Below are positions 41,252-51,385 of a stretch of DNA of 64,000 nt, one piece after another. The translations under genes were made by a program, and so were the position numbers. This DNA is from Pseudomonadota bacterium. Its GTDB lineage: Bacteria; Pseudomonadota; Alphaproteobacteria; Paracaedibacterales; CAIOTO01. Numbering within the stretch: position 1 is the stretch's first letter; every line of letters begins with the position of its first letter. The DNA lies in assembly GCA_040387495.1 (NCBI GenBank), contig JAZKDQ010000010.1:1-64000 (forward strand), written 5' to 3'. The notes under the pieces are model-generated. The model was not told the origin of the DNA and made no database searches. It was given only the letters and a program-made list of their open reading frames with translations.

Positions 41252-41977
41252 ATGCTACTTTACGGACTCCATTCTTGCATCGCTGCGCTTCAAAACCCTG
41301 AACGTGTCGTTGAAAAGATTTATCTAACTGATAAGAAATTGCTTGATCGGTTGCCTCCAACGGTGACTGGTAGTGCGCGCAAAAATGTTGAATTAACATC
41401 AAAAGAAAAACTCGCGGCAATGTTGCCAAAAGAGGCGGTTCACCAAGGAATTGCATTGCAAGTAAAAAGCTTGGAGCCGCTTGATTTATCGGACCTGTTA
41501 CATAATGACGCGCCCAACCAGATTTTGGTGATTCTTGATCAAGTGACTGATCCACATAACATTGGCGCAATTTTACGTACATCAGCTGTGTTTGGTGCAA
41601 AAGCGTTGATTTTAACGGATCGTCATGCACCAAAGGAAACGCCAACACTTGCAAAGTCAGCATCAGGTGCGTTAGAACACGTGCCGTTATGTTTTGTTAA
41701 GAACCTTGCACACGCCCTTAAAGACATCAAAGAAGCCGGCTTTTGGTGTGTAGCCTTTGCTGAAGAAGCCACGCAAACCTTAAGTCAGATCGATCTTAAG
41801 GGAAAGATTGCATTGGTTCTTGGTGCGGAGGGCGATGGACTTAGGCGATTAACGTCGGAAAATTGTGATTTTTATGTTAAACTACAATCAGCATCAACTT
41901 TTTCAACGTTGAATGTGTCAAATGCAGCGGCGATTGCCCTCTACGAAACATTTCAACAACAACGCGCTCATTCTTAA
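41252..41977 (+). CDS. rlmB: 23S rRNA (Gm2251) methyltransferase
   Basis: HQG, DPHNIGAILR, GAEGDGLR, LNVSNAAA SPOUT motifs. Confidence 0.95.
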   Translation: MLLYGLHSCIAALQNPERVVEKIYLTDKKLLDRLPPTVTGSARKNVELTSKEKLAAMLPKEAVHQGIALQVKSLEPLDLSDLLHNDAPNQILVILDQVTDPHNIGAILRTSAVFGAKALILTDRHAPKETPTLAKSASGALEHVPLCFVKNLAHALKDIKEAGFWCVAFAEEATQTLSQIDLKGKIALVLGAEGDGLRRLTSENCDFYVKLQSASTFSTLNVSNAAAIALYETFQQQRAHS

Positions 41978-42156
41978 TTTGTCATCCCCACTCAGGCGTG
42001 GATCCAGAAGGAAATAATTTCCTTCGTAGTTTTCTTCTGAGTCGATCAGAGGATCTATCTACTACACACTTCCCACAAAGACCCTGTGGCCAAGTCATAG
42101 GGAAACTAGAAGAAAGGAAGAAATAGTCTAGATTGCAGCCGAGCAATGATGACAAA
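41978..42156. repeat. GTCAT...ATGAC element with a TTTCC-family element (42028-42109) nested in its loop
   Basis: Outer ends TTTGTCAT / ATGACAAA; inner AGTTTTCTTCTGAGTCGATCAGAGGATCTA ... GGCCAAGTCATAGGGAAACTAG. Confidence 0.65.
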
Positions 42157-42194
42157 GTGAGCAAGAAATATATAATAGGACTTAAGGAAAAACA

Positions 42195-43868
42195 GTGACT
42201 GATACACTTCACGCAAAACTAATCCCAACGAAAAATGATTTTTGGTTCCTGCCTCTTGGCGGATCCAATGAAATCGGTATGAATCTCAATTTGTTTGGAT
42301 ACAACGAACAATGGCTCATCGTTGATCTTGGTATTACCTTTCATGATCGCCTTGGCGTTGATGTGATTACGCCTGACCCAAGTTTTTTGATTCAACACAA
42401 AGATCATATTGCAGGTTTAGTGCTTACCCATGCGCATGAAGATCACGTGGGTGCGATTCCTTATTTATGGCCTTATTTACGTTGCCCGATTTATGCAACA
42501 CCTTTTACAATGCGTATTGTTCGTCAGAAAATTGCCGATAAACCGTGGAAAAATGATGTTGTATTGATTGAAATTCCATTGTCAGGTGCCTTTAAAGTTG
42601 GTGATTTTGATATTGAATACGTAACCCTTACTCACTCAATTTTAGAGCCAAATGCGCTTCGAATCGAAACACCACATGGTGTAGTGTTACACTCTGGCGA
42701 TTGGAAGATTGATCCAGATCCTATGATTGGTGAAGCAACAGACATTAAGCGTCTTAAAGAAATTGGCGATAAAGGTGTGCTCGCGCTTATTTGCGATTCG
42801 ACCAATGTGTTTAATCATGGTGTGGCTGGATCTGAAAAAGATGTACGCGATGAATTGTTAAAACTAATGGGAACATTCCCTGAGAATCGTGTGACGGTTG
42901 CCTGTTTTGCATCAAACGTGGCACGTCTTGAAACTGCCGCTAAAGTAGCTGCGGCTCATGGTCGTCAAGTTGCACTTGTTGGACGCTCACTCCACCGTAT
43001 GGTAGCTGCAGCAAAGGATTCCGGTTATCTAAAGGATCTTCCTCCATTTATATCAGATGTTGATGCCATGCGATTGCCAGATCACAAAGTGTGCTTTATT
43101 GCAACTGGGTCACAAGGTGAGGCACGTGCAGCACTTGCGCGTATTGCCGGTGATCAGCACCCAGTTGTGAAATTTGCCGATAATGATGTGGTTTTGTTTT
43201 CATCACGTATGATTCCTGGGAACGAAAAAAACATTTCAGCTTTGCAAAACCGTTTGATTCACAATGGTGTTCGCATCGTTACATCATCCGAAGAAGATAT
43301 CCATGTTTCAGGGCATCCTGCGCGGGACGAGCTCCGTCAGATGTATGAATGGGTGCGCCCAGATGTATTAATTCCAGTGCATGGTGAAGCACGCCATTTG
43401 GATGAACATGCACGTTTTGCCCTTGAATGCGGCGTAGATACAGCTGTTGTGCCTGAAAATGGTTCATTGATCAGACTTAAAAAAGATGACACATGCGAGA
43501 TTGATTTAATACCAACAGGTCGTTGGGTGTTTGACGGTAATCGTATGATTGATATGAAAAGCATCGTTTTGAAAGATCGTCATAACCTATCAACTGAAGG
43601 TCTGCTTGTAGCAACTGTTGTAATAGATAATGTAGGACAAATTTTGCAAGCACCTCAGCTGACCTTTAAAGGCTTGTGTGATTCTGATGCTGAAAAAGAA
43701 GCTCTCTCTCGTGAGATTTATTTGTCATTGCGTGAAACGTTAGAGCGTGGTTATCGTTCGAATGATGATCGCCTTGAAACATTAAAAGCAGTGATTCGCA
43801 AAGCTGTACATCGTTATTTGATGAAAAAGCCAGTAGTGGATGTGCATATTATCGTGGCAGAGATGTAG
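42195..43868 (+). CDS. rnj: Ribonuclease J
   Basis: PLGGSNEIGMN, THAHEDH, DSTN, TGSQGE, HVSGH, PVHGE; GTG start. Confidence 0.96.
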   Translation: MTDTLHAKLIPTKNDFWFLPLGGSNEIGMNLNLFGYNEQWLIVDLGITFHDRLGVDVITPDPSFLIQHKDHIAGLVLTHAHEDHVGAIPYLWPYLRCPIYATPFTMRIVRQKIADKPWKNDVVLIEIPLSGAFKVGDFDIEYVTLTHSILEPNALRIETPHGVVLHSGDWKIDPDPMIGEATDIKRLKEIGDKGVLALICDSTNVFNHGVAGSEKDVRDELLKLMGTFPENRVTVACFASNVARLETAAKVAAAHGRQVALVGRSLHRMVAAAKDSGYLKDLPPFISDVDAMRLPDHKVCFIATGSQGEARAALARIAGDQHPVVKFADNDVVLFSSRMIPGNEKNISALQNRLIHNGVRIVTSSEEDIHVSGHPARDELRQMYEWVRPDVLIPVHGEARHLDEHARFALECGVDTAVVPENGSLIRLKKDDTCEIDLIPTGRWVFDGNRMIDMKSIVLKDRHNLSTEGLLVATVVIDNVGQILQAPQLTFKGLCDSDAEKEALSREIYLSLRETLERGYRSNDDRLETLKAVIRKAVHRYLMKKPVVDVHIIVAEM

Positions 43869-43987
43869 TTATATTATGGTTCAATTGACTGCTCTTAAGT
43901 CTTTATCTTAAGAGTAATTTCTTTTCACTCTGCATCGGAATCTGAGTATAGGTATTAAGTCACAATAATTTTGTTTTTGAAAGTAGT

Positions 43988-44152
43988 TTAGGTTTTTTCT
44001 ATTTTTCTTGCCACGGCGTCAGAATCAATAGTTTTTAGATGAGTTTGAGCAATAACTTTCGATTGGTTTAATGAAAATTTAGCATTTTCATTTTTAGAAT
44101 TTTTATCAATAGTAGTAATTATTGATGTAGCTTTAGGGTTGAATTTTATCAT
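43988..44152 (-). CDS. Possible 54-aa small ORF downstream of the kinase array
   Basis: MIKFNPKATSIITTIDKNSKNENAKFSLNQSKVIAQTHLKTIDSDAVARKIEKT; no recognisable motif. Confidence 0.25.
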   Translation of the reverse strand: MIKFNPKATSIITTIDKNSKNENAKFSLNQSKVIAQTHLKTIDSDAVARKIEKT

Positions 44153-44216
44153 ATATATAAAACACTATGTATTTCTTGCAAATCAATGATAAAATGAAAA
44201 ATAAAACGATCAAAGA

Positions 44217-46205
44217 TTATTCATTCATCTTAGGTAATGTAAATACAAAATCACTTCCAGCACCCACAGCTGATTGAACGTATATTTCTCCATCATAGTC
44301 ATTCACGATTTTCTGGCATGTGGCAAGGCCAATGCCCGAACCTTCGTATTGGTTTTTGCTATGGAGCCGCTTAAACATGGTGAATATACTTTTATGGTAT
44401 TCTTCGGCAATTCCAATGCCATTGTCACGCACATGAAATTCCCAAAAATAATCATGCTCAACGGTGAAAATCTCAATAACGAGTGGCTTCTCTGAACAAA
44501 ACTTAATAGCGTTGCTAATTAGATTCGTAAAGAGCTGATTTATTTGAGTCGAGACAGCTAAAATTGTTGGTAATACCCCTACCTTTAATTGCGCGCCTAT
44601 TTCAGAAAGTCGATAATCAAATGATTCATTGATATCATTAAGAATTTTATTCATATTTAGCGGAACTCTTTCATGCCCTGTCTGCTCAACAGTCTCTGAA
44701 TATGATAAAATATCTTTAATCAGAGTATTCATACGTTCAACACCTTTAAGTGTATGACGCATATAGACCAGTGATTCTTCATCGAACTGTTCTGCATTAT
44801 GGCTAAACAATAATTGAATAAAATTAGCTATACTGCGAAGAGGCTCTTTTAAGTCATGTGAGCAAACATATGCAAAACGATCAAGGGCTTGGTTTGATCT
44901 GCGTAAATTTTCAACCGTTATTCTTAAATTATTTTCAGCTTCCATGCGCTCAGTAACAATAGTTGTATAAATAATAATTCCGCCAATTTCTCCACTTAAT
45001 GTATACCAAGGAAGCATGATTCCTTCATACCAAATCGCTTCACCATAATGATCATCAATTTTTGCAGGAGACCATTTAACTATTTCACCATTGAGCGCTC
45101 TTTGATGCTGCTCTCTCCACAAGGGAGGTTGGTTGGGGTAAAGTTCGTAGTGCGTTTTTCCTATACACTCATGATCTTCAATAAGCCTGTTGCTCCGTTT
45201 CCATGCATCATTTACGAATTTATGGCGCATTTCAGTATCAAACATCGCCACTGGCGAGAGTGCATGCTTGATAAAGAAGGAAAGAATCGTGTTTAATTCT
45301 ACGCGGTTGTTTTCATGTCTTTTAATACTAAGAATGTATGTTGCTGTGCCAATGATAGGTTCTAAGAAGTCTAAAAGGGTATCTTCAAACGGCTCACTTC
45401 GTTCAAGTACAATCATTCCTTTTTGTTCAAATGGTAAATTAAGATGAACCCCTATAAATGACACATTTTCACTGTTTTGAATGGCATTTTTTTTGTTATG
45501 AAAGTGCTTTTTTATAAAAGAAATCTTCTCGGGAGATATTTCCAGTTCATCTATATTACGTTCATCTAAACCATGTAATGTTTTGTTACTCATATTAAAC
45601 TCATCTGGTTTTTTTGAAGACGAGAAGATGAAAAATGAGCTGGAAGAATGAGTAAGTCTTTCAAACGATTTTAGCATTTCAGAATAAATTGAGGTGTCAG
45701 CGTTTGCGCTATGAGATGCAAAATTAACATTATGACATTCATGATAATGTTCTTTGATACGATTAATCTCTGCAAATAAAAGCTTCATTTGATTGAACTT
45801 TTGTTCTTCTACTTTAAAATGCGTAATGTCAGTGCAGGTTCCAATCCCACGCACTGGATTGCCGTCAGAATCAAATTCGACGATTTTCCCTCGCAAACCA
45901 ATCCAGCGCCATTTTCCGTCACGACACAATTTTCTGCTTTCTGCGATCACATAAACAGTTTCCTTCCTTATTATTTTTTCATACAAGGCACGGATTGACG
46001 GCAAATCTTCGGGGTGAGTTAATTCCAGGTAATCGTTAAATTTTTGTATAATATCGGTTGTCTTAAATGCAAAGATTTCTGCTAAATAGGGGCAAATTGT
46101 AATCTTATTTGCGCGGACATCCCATTCAAGAAGCCCAAACTGTGAATCTGGCGTGGTCTTTTTAGGTGAAGAATCATAAGTTTTTTCTGTTTTTGCAATA
46201 GACAT
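44217..46205 (-). CDS. Cytoplasmic PAS-(GAF-like)-PAS histidine kinase, paralogue 1
   Basis: HPEDL..CRDGKWRW..TDIT (PAS/PAC), SHDLKEPLR H-box, NLISNAIKF, DNGIGI, GSGIGLA. Confidence 0.93.
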   Translation of the reverse strand: MSIAKTEKTYDSSPKKTTPDSQFGLLEWDVRANKITICPYLAEIFAFKTTDIIQKFNDYLELTHPEDLPSIRALYEKIIRKETVYVIAESRKLCRDGKWRWIGLRGKIVEFDSDGNPVRGIGTCTDITHFKVEEQKFNQMKLLFAEINRIKEHYHECHNVNFASHSANADTSIYSEMLKSFERLTHSSSSFFIFSSSKKPDEFNMSNKTLHGLDERNIDELEISPEKISFIKKHFHNKKNAIQNSENVSFIGVHLNLPFEQKGMIVLERSEPFEDTLLDFLEPIIGTATYILSIKRHENNRVELNTILSFFIKHALSPVAMFDTEMRHKFVNDAWKRSNRLIEDHECIGKTHYELYPNQPPLWREQHQRALNGEIVKWSPAKIDDHYGEAIWYEGIMLPWYTLSGEIGGIIIYTTIVTERMEAENNLRITVENLRRSNQALDRFAYVCSHDLKEPLRSIANFIQLLFSHNAEQFDEESLVYMRHTLKGVERMNTLIKDILSYSETVEQTGHERVPLNMNKILNDINESFDYRLSEIGAQLKVGVLPTILAVSTQINQLFTNLISNAIKFCSEKPLVIEIFTVEHDYFWEFHVRDNGIGIAEEYHKSIFTMFKRLHSKNQYEGSGIGLATCQKIVNDYDGEIYVQSAVGAGSDFVFTLPKMNE

Positions 46206-46420
46206 AAATAAATTTTACTTTAGAAAACATAGGTGAATGATTTTGATGCAATTAATCTATGAAACAATAACGTATCTCAATAAATTTAACGTATTTCATA
46301 TGTTTTATGCAAGGCGAATTTTGTAATTTTTTTTCAATTATGAGAAACAAAAAAATAAAAAAAAGATAATATTCGATAGCTCAAAAAACATTAATTTTTC
46401 TTCTTTTTGCTTTCTATTTC

Positions 46421-48367
46421 TTAAATTCTAATCTTTGGAAACGTGAATATAAATTCACTTCCACCTTCTGGCGCTGATTGGACGAATATTTCACCATCAT
46501 GGTCATGCACAATTTTTTGACATGTAGCAAGTCCAATTCCAGATCCTTCATATTTATTCTTACTGTGTAGACGCTTGAACATGCCAAATATGTCCTTATA
46601 ATATTCTGGTGCTATTCCTATGCCATTATCGCGCACGTGAAACTCCCAAAAATCGTCACGATTGATGGCAAATATCTCAATCACAAGTGGCTTCTCAGAA
46701 TGGAATTTTATGGCATTGCTAACCAGATTAGTAAAGAGCTGACTAATCTGAGTTTTATTTCCTGGAATCATTGGTAAAGCGCTTATATTTAATTGAGCGT
46801 TTATTTCACGGAGTTTGTAATCAAAAGTTTCTTTAATTTCACTCATTATATCATTCATATTGAGATGATTTTTTTCGCATGCTGTTTGTTCAATAATTTC
46901 TGAATATGACAGAATATCCTTAATCAAGGTATTCATACGTTCAGTTCCTTTGAGTGCATGCGACATATAAAGTAATGATTCTTCGTCAAATTGTCCTGAG
47001 TTATGATTAAACAATAGCTGAATAAAATTTGAAACACTGCGAAGTGGTTCTTTTAAATCGTGTGAGCAAACATGTGCAAATCGATCAAGTGCTTGATTAG
47101 AACGGCTTAAATTATCAACAAGATTCTTCATGTTTCTTTCAGCTTCAATTCTTTTAGTAATAATAGTTGAGTAAACAATGATTCCACCAATTGAGCCATC
47201 TAGCGCATACCAAGGGTGCATGCAACCTTCCAGCCAAACAGGTTCCTTAATGATATGAGTTGCTTTTTCAGACACATAAAGTTGTATTTCACCTTGCAAA
47301 GCAGCTTGATGTCGTTTGCGCCATACCTCAGGTGTATTAGGAAAAAGATCATAAAAACATTTTCCAATAAAATCATCCGGGTGATCAATCATAAAGCTAC
47401 TGCGCCAAGCATCACTTGCAAATTTGTAACGCATGTTTCTATCAAACATTGCCACTGGTGCTGGTACCTGATTGATAAAGAAAGAAAGAAATCTATCTAA
47501 TTCACTGTGATTTGATTCAAGTTTTTTAATGCTAATAATGTGTGCTGCAGTATTGATAAGGGGCTTTAGAAAATCTAAAAATTTTTCGTTAAAAGGTTCG
47601 TCTCGTTCAATAATGAGCAATCCCTGTTCCATAAATGGCAAATTAAAATAGATGCATAATGTCGATTTTTTGTTATCATTGTGAATAATATTTTTCTTAT
47701 TATGCAAAAGTAATCCGATTAATTTGAGTTTATCAAAAGATAATGTTGCATTATCGATGATAGATTCATTTATGTCATGTAAGATTGTATTATTTATGTT
47801 GAATTCATCTGCATTAACAATAAAAGAGAATATGAATGTGGAATTAGATGTATTTGTAAATTTTTCAAAAGATTTTACGATTTCTATGTAAATGTCAGTA
47901 AGAGAATAATCTGCATCCAGATATGCTTTGATACGATTGGTTTCAGAAAATAAAAGTTCCATTTGACTAAGTTTTTTTTCATTTTCTTTGGAGTGGGTGA
48001 TATCTGTGCATATTCCAGTACCTTGCACTGGGTTGCCACTATAATCATACTTAGTAACTTTTCCACGAAAGCTAAACCAGCGCCAATTCCCGTCTCGGCA
48101 CAATTCTCTGCTTTCCGTAACAATATATGGAGTTTCTTGTTGTTTTAAAGCTCTTACTAACTGCTCAATTTGGGATAGATCGTCCGGGTGTACTAACTTT
48201 AAGCATGCGTCATATGTTTGTGTAATGTCTTCGGTTTTAAAAGCCAATGTTTTTGCTAAATAGGGGCACATTGTAATTGTATCTGTTACTAGATCCCAGC
48301 TGACGAAGCCAAATGATGGTGCATTATTATTAATTGCTAAATCTGTTTTGTTGTGATTGTTCTTCAT
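46421..48367 (-). CDS. Cytoplasmic PAS-(GAF-like)-PAS histidine kinase, paralogue 2
   Basis: Same collinear architecture; SHDLKEPLR, NLVSNAIKF, GSGIGLA. Confidence 0.93.
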   Translation of the reverse strand: MKNNHNKTDLAINNNAPSFGFVSWDLVTDTITMCPYLAKTLAFKTEDITQTYDACLKLVHPDDLSQIEQLVRALKQQETPYIVTESRELCRDGNWRWFSFRGKVTKYDYSGNPVQGTGICTDITHSKENEKKLSQMELLFSETNRIKAYLDADYSLTDIYIEIVKSFEKFTNTSNSTFIFSFIVNADEFNINNTILHDINESIIDNATLSFDKLKLIGLLLHNKKNIIHNDNKKSTLCIYFNLPFMEQGLLIIERDEPFNEKFLDFLKPLINTAAHIISIKKLESNHSELDRFLSFFINQVPAPVAMFDRNMRYKFASDAWRSSFMIDHPDDFIGKCFYDLFPNTPEVWRKRHQAALQGEIQLYVSEKATHIIKEPVWLEGCMHPWYALDGSIGGIIVYSTIITKRIEAERNMKNLVDNLSRSNQALDRFAHVCSHDLKEPLRSVSNFIQLLFNHNSGQFDEESLLYMSHALKGTERMNTLIKDILSYSEIIEQTACEKNHLNMNDIMSEIKETFDYKLREINAQLNISALPMIPGNKTQISQLFTNLVSNAIKFHSEKPLVIEIFAINRDDFWEFHVRDNGIGIAPEYYKDIFGMFKRLHSKNKYEGSGIGLATCQKIVHDHDGEIFVQSAPEGGSEFIFTFPKIRI

Positions 48368-48398
48368 TCATATATTTTCCATTAGCATTAGAGACAAG

Positions 48399-50372
48399 TT
48401 AGACAAGAGTTTTTGGTAGCGTAAACACAAAGTCACTTCCACCTTCATGAACTGATTTTACATAAATCTTTCCAAAGTGTTCATGTACAATTTTTTGACA
48501 GATAGCAAGGCCAATGCCAGATCCTTCGTATTGGCTTTTGCCATGAAGGCGTTTAAACATAGTGAAAATATTTTTATGGTATTCTTCATGTATTCCAATA
48601 CCATTATCTCGCACGTGAATTTCCCAAAAAAGACTTTTCTCAACTGAAAATATATCAATAATCAATGGGTGTGAAGAGCGAAACTTAAGTGCGTTTTCAA
48701 TAAGATTATTAAAGAGTTGGTCGATTTGGGTTGGCTCTGCTAAAATCGTTGGTAATTCACCTATATTTAAATGCGCATCTATATTAAAAAAATTATAGGT
48801 GAGTGCTTCCTTGACATCATAGACTACACGATTCAAATCTAATGGGATTTTTGAAGATACTGCCTGACCGGTGATTTTTGAATAGAGAAGAATATCTTTA
48901 ATAAGAGAGTTCATACGATCAATTCCCTTAAGCGTGTGACGCATATAGATCAAAGATTCTTCATCGAAGTGCTCACTGTTTCGCCCAAATAAGAGCTGGA
49001 TAAAGTTTGATATGCTACGTAGTGGTTCTTTTAGATCGTGCGAACAAACATGTGCGAATCGCTCAAGAGCTTGGTTCGATCGAATTAAGTTCTCAACAGT
49101 AGTTTTGAGGTTCTTTTCATTCTCTTTATGTTGAGTAACGACATTTGAGTAGATAATAATGCCGCCTATCTCCCCATTTACTGTATACCAGGGATGAATA
49201 GCACCTTCTAACCAAATCGGTTGATCAAAGTAATTAGTGATTTCTTCTGCTGTTGATATCACAATTTCACCATGCATGGCCCGTTGGTGTCGTTCGCGCC
49301 ATTCTTTGGGTTGTAATGGATCAACTTCATAACAGCTCTTGCCAATAAGGCTTTCATGCTGGCTGAGGTTAAAATCATTCACCCAAGCATTGCTTACAAA
49401 TCTATAGCACATATTTGTATCAAACATCGCTACTGGTACTGGCACTTGTTTAATGAAGAAAGAGAGCACATTGTCCAACTCAGTACTGTTTGTTTGTAGT
49501 TTTTTAATACTAATTATGTGAGTAGACGTCCCAATAAGAGGCTCTAATAAATCTAATAGCTCCTCATCAAAAGGTTTGTCGCGTTCAATGATAACGACAC
49601 CCTTCTGTTGAAGTGGTAAATCAAAAAGAATACCTAATAATGAGGTTTTGCAATTATTTTGGATGCTATGAGTCTCGGCATTTAACATCATATTAACGAA
49701 TTTAAGTTTTTCAGGATTTGAGCTTAAATTATGTAAGTCATTCTTATTTAAATTATATAAAGCTGGATTGTTAGCATTAGTAAACTCATTTTTTTTATTT
49801 TTTACATTGTTTGTAGACGAAAAAATCAAGAGTGCATTAGTAGAATTGGTTAGTGTTTTGAATGATTCCAAGATTTCTGCACACAGTTCACTAAGAGAAA
49901 ATTCTTTTTTGTAGCAGTCTTTAATGCGATTGTTTTCTTTAAATAAGAAAAGAGTTTGTTCAAGTTTTAGCTCTGCTTCTTTGATTTTTGAAACATCTGT
50001 GCACGTTCCGGCAATACGAGTTGGATTCCCTTGGTCATCAAAATCAATAATTTTTCCATTTATACTGAACCAACGCCATGCCCCATCACGGCATAATTTT
50101 CGAGTTTCCGAGAGAGCATAAGGACTTTTGTTTTCATTAACTCTATTAAACCCTAATTTTGCGTGCACAATGTCATCGGGGTGAGTTAATTGACACCAGG
50201 CATCATAACTCTGCTGAGTGTCTTTTGTTTCAAATGCTAGTACTTCGGCTAGATGTGGGCAAAACATGATTCGGCCTTCTTTAATATACCATTCAAAGAA
50301 ACCATATTGTGAACGCAGCGGAGTGTTATATGAGGAGAAAAGATCTGGTGGTGTCAGGCTTTTGATTGACAT
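48399..50372 (-). CDS. Cytoplasmic PAS-(GAF-like)-PAS histidine kinase, paralogue 3
   Basis: Same architecture; start placed at ATG 50372 (MSIKS) by analogy to paralogue 1; ORF track extends to 50417. Confidence 0.92.
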   Translation of the reverse strand: MSIKSLTPPDLFSSYNTPLRSQYGFFEWYIKEGRIMFCPHLAEVLAFETKDTQQSYDAWCQLTHPDDIVHAKLGFNRVNENKSPYALSETRKLCRDGAWRWFSINGKIIDFDDQGNPTRIAGTCTDVSKIKEAELKLEQTLFLFKENNRIKDCYKKEFSLSELCAEILESFKTLTNSTNALLIFSSTNNVKNKKNEFTNANNPALYNLNKNDLHNLSSNPEKLKFVNMMLNAETHSIQNNCKTSLLGILFDLPLQQKGVVIIERDKPFDEELLDLLEPLIGTSTHIISIKKLQTNSTELDNVLSFFIKQVPVPVAMFDTNMCYRFVSNAWVNDFNLSQHESLIGKSCYEVDPLQPKEWRERHQRAMHGEIVISTAEEITNYFDQPIWLEGAIHPWYTVNGEIGGIIIYSNVVTQHKENEKNLKTTVENLIRSNQALERFAHVCSHDLKEPLRSISNFIQLLFGRNSEHFDEESLIYMRHTLKGIDRMNSLIKDILLYSKITGQAVSSKIPLDLNRVVYDVKEALTYNFFNIDAHLNIGELPTILAEPTQIDQLFNNLIENALKFRSSHPLIIDIFSVEKSLFWEIHVRDNGIGIHEEYHKNIFTMFKRLHGKSQYEGSGIGLAICQKIVHEHFGKIYVKSVHEGGSDFVFTLPKTLV

Positions 50373-50663
50373 AATTTTTTTCTGCATAAAGCTTAAAATT
50401 GTTTTATTTTGATACACGTACCTGAAGATAGTATTTTATTTCAATAAAAATGTTTATATAAAATAAAGAAGGATATAATTGTCAAGAAATATCATATTCT
50501 TACCAATTTCCGTACTCAAGTTGAATAATAGCTGTTTTTTCAACTATGAAATAATGCGCTTTATTTTACATCTGGTTGAAAAATATAGCAAACCTCAACT
50601 TAACGTTTTGGCTGTTTTGGGTCATGATTACCTTAAGATTTTCCAAGTAATTTAGGTGTTAAA

Positions 50664-50993
50664 ATGAAACATGAAAATAAGGTAGTATCCAAGATTCCAC
50701 GTCCGTCTCGCGTTTTTCAGATGGGGATACTACATCATGTTGAATGTCGTTTTCAAGATTTGGTTCAAATATCTTGTTTCAGTTCAAAGGATGCGAAACA
50801 GCAAATTTGTAAATCAAAGGTATTGCTCCTAGACATTCGTCACATTATTTTATATCAATCTTTTGATTATGACCTGCGTGAGAAAATAATGATGCGTGCA
50901 GATGCTGTTGTAAACTATATAAATTCTTTTATGAATACTCTATACAGAGATGAATCAAATGTGCTTACACAGCAGCTTGTTGCGTGTGCATAA
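50664..50993 (+). CDS. Hypothetical 109-aa protein
   Basis: ATG with AGGTG SD-like site, helical composition, downstream terminator. Confidence 0.55.
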   Translation: MKHENKVVSKIPRPSRVFQMGILHHVECRFQDLVQISCFSSKDAKQQICKSKVLLLDIRHIILYQSFDYDLREKIMMRADAVVNYINSFMNTLYRDESNVLTQQLVACA

Positions 50994-51055
50994 TATATGG
51001 ATGAGCTTAAGCAGTAGTGTAGCTATTTCCCTGTAATTTGACTGATCCTACTAAT

Positions 51056-51096
51056 ACCCTCTCCCTCGCAATTATGCAATTGTAGAGGGTTTTTTT
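51056..51096 (+). terminator. Probable terminator
   Basis: ACCCTCT...AGAGGGT-TTTTTT. Confidence 0.6.
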
Positions 51097-51265
51097 GCGT
51101 GTACAGTCATGATGAATGTTATTTTAGCATATTCTTTTTTAATTACTCTGGGCATTAAAATGAGAGTAATGGCCATTCTTCTGCTCGTGCTCTTTAGGGC
51201 TTTATACAGGTAAGGAAAAGTAGGAACAATGGATTGGAGGAGGGGGGGCGGTAATAGTTTTTGTG

Positions 51266-51316
51266 TGGATCCTCGGGGGTGCTTGGTGCAGTATATCCTT
51301 TGACGCCCGAGGAAAA
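51266..51316. repeat. Single arm of a TTTCC-family palindromic element with an expanded loop
   Basis: TGGATCCTCGGG ... GACGCCCGAGGAAAA. Confidence 0.6.
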
Positions 51317-51385
51317 TTAAAGTGAAGATGGATTAGAAAAGCACTATCTTTGAAAAAATGCTTGGAGTGTGCATTATATTAAGTG

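Noticed and set aside
44217..50417. Kinases as bacteriophytochromes
   Set aside because: Only the kinase core is Cph1-like; no PAS-GAF-PHY module and no DIP or PRxSF motifs
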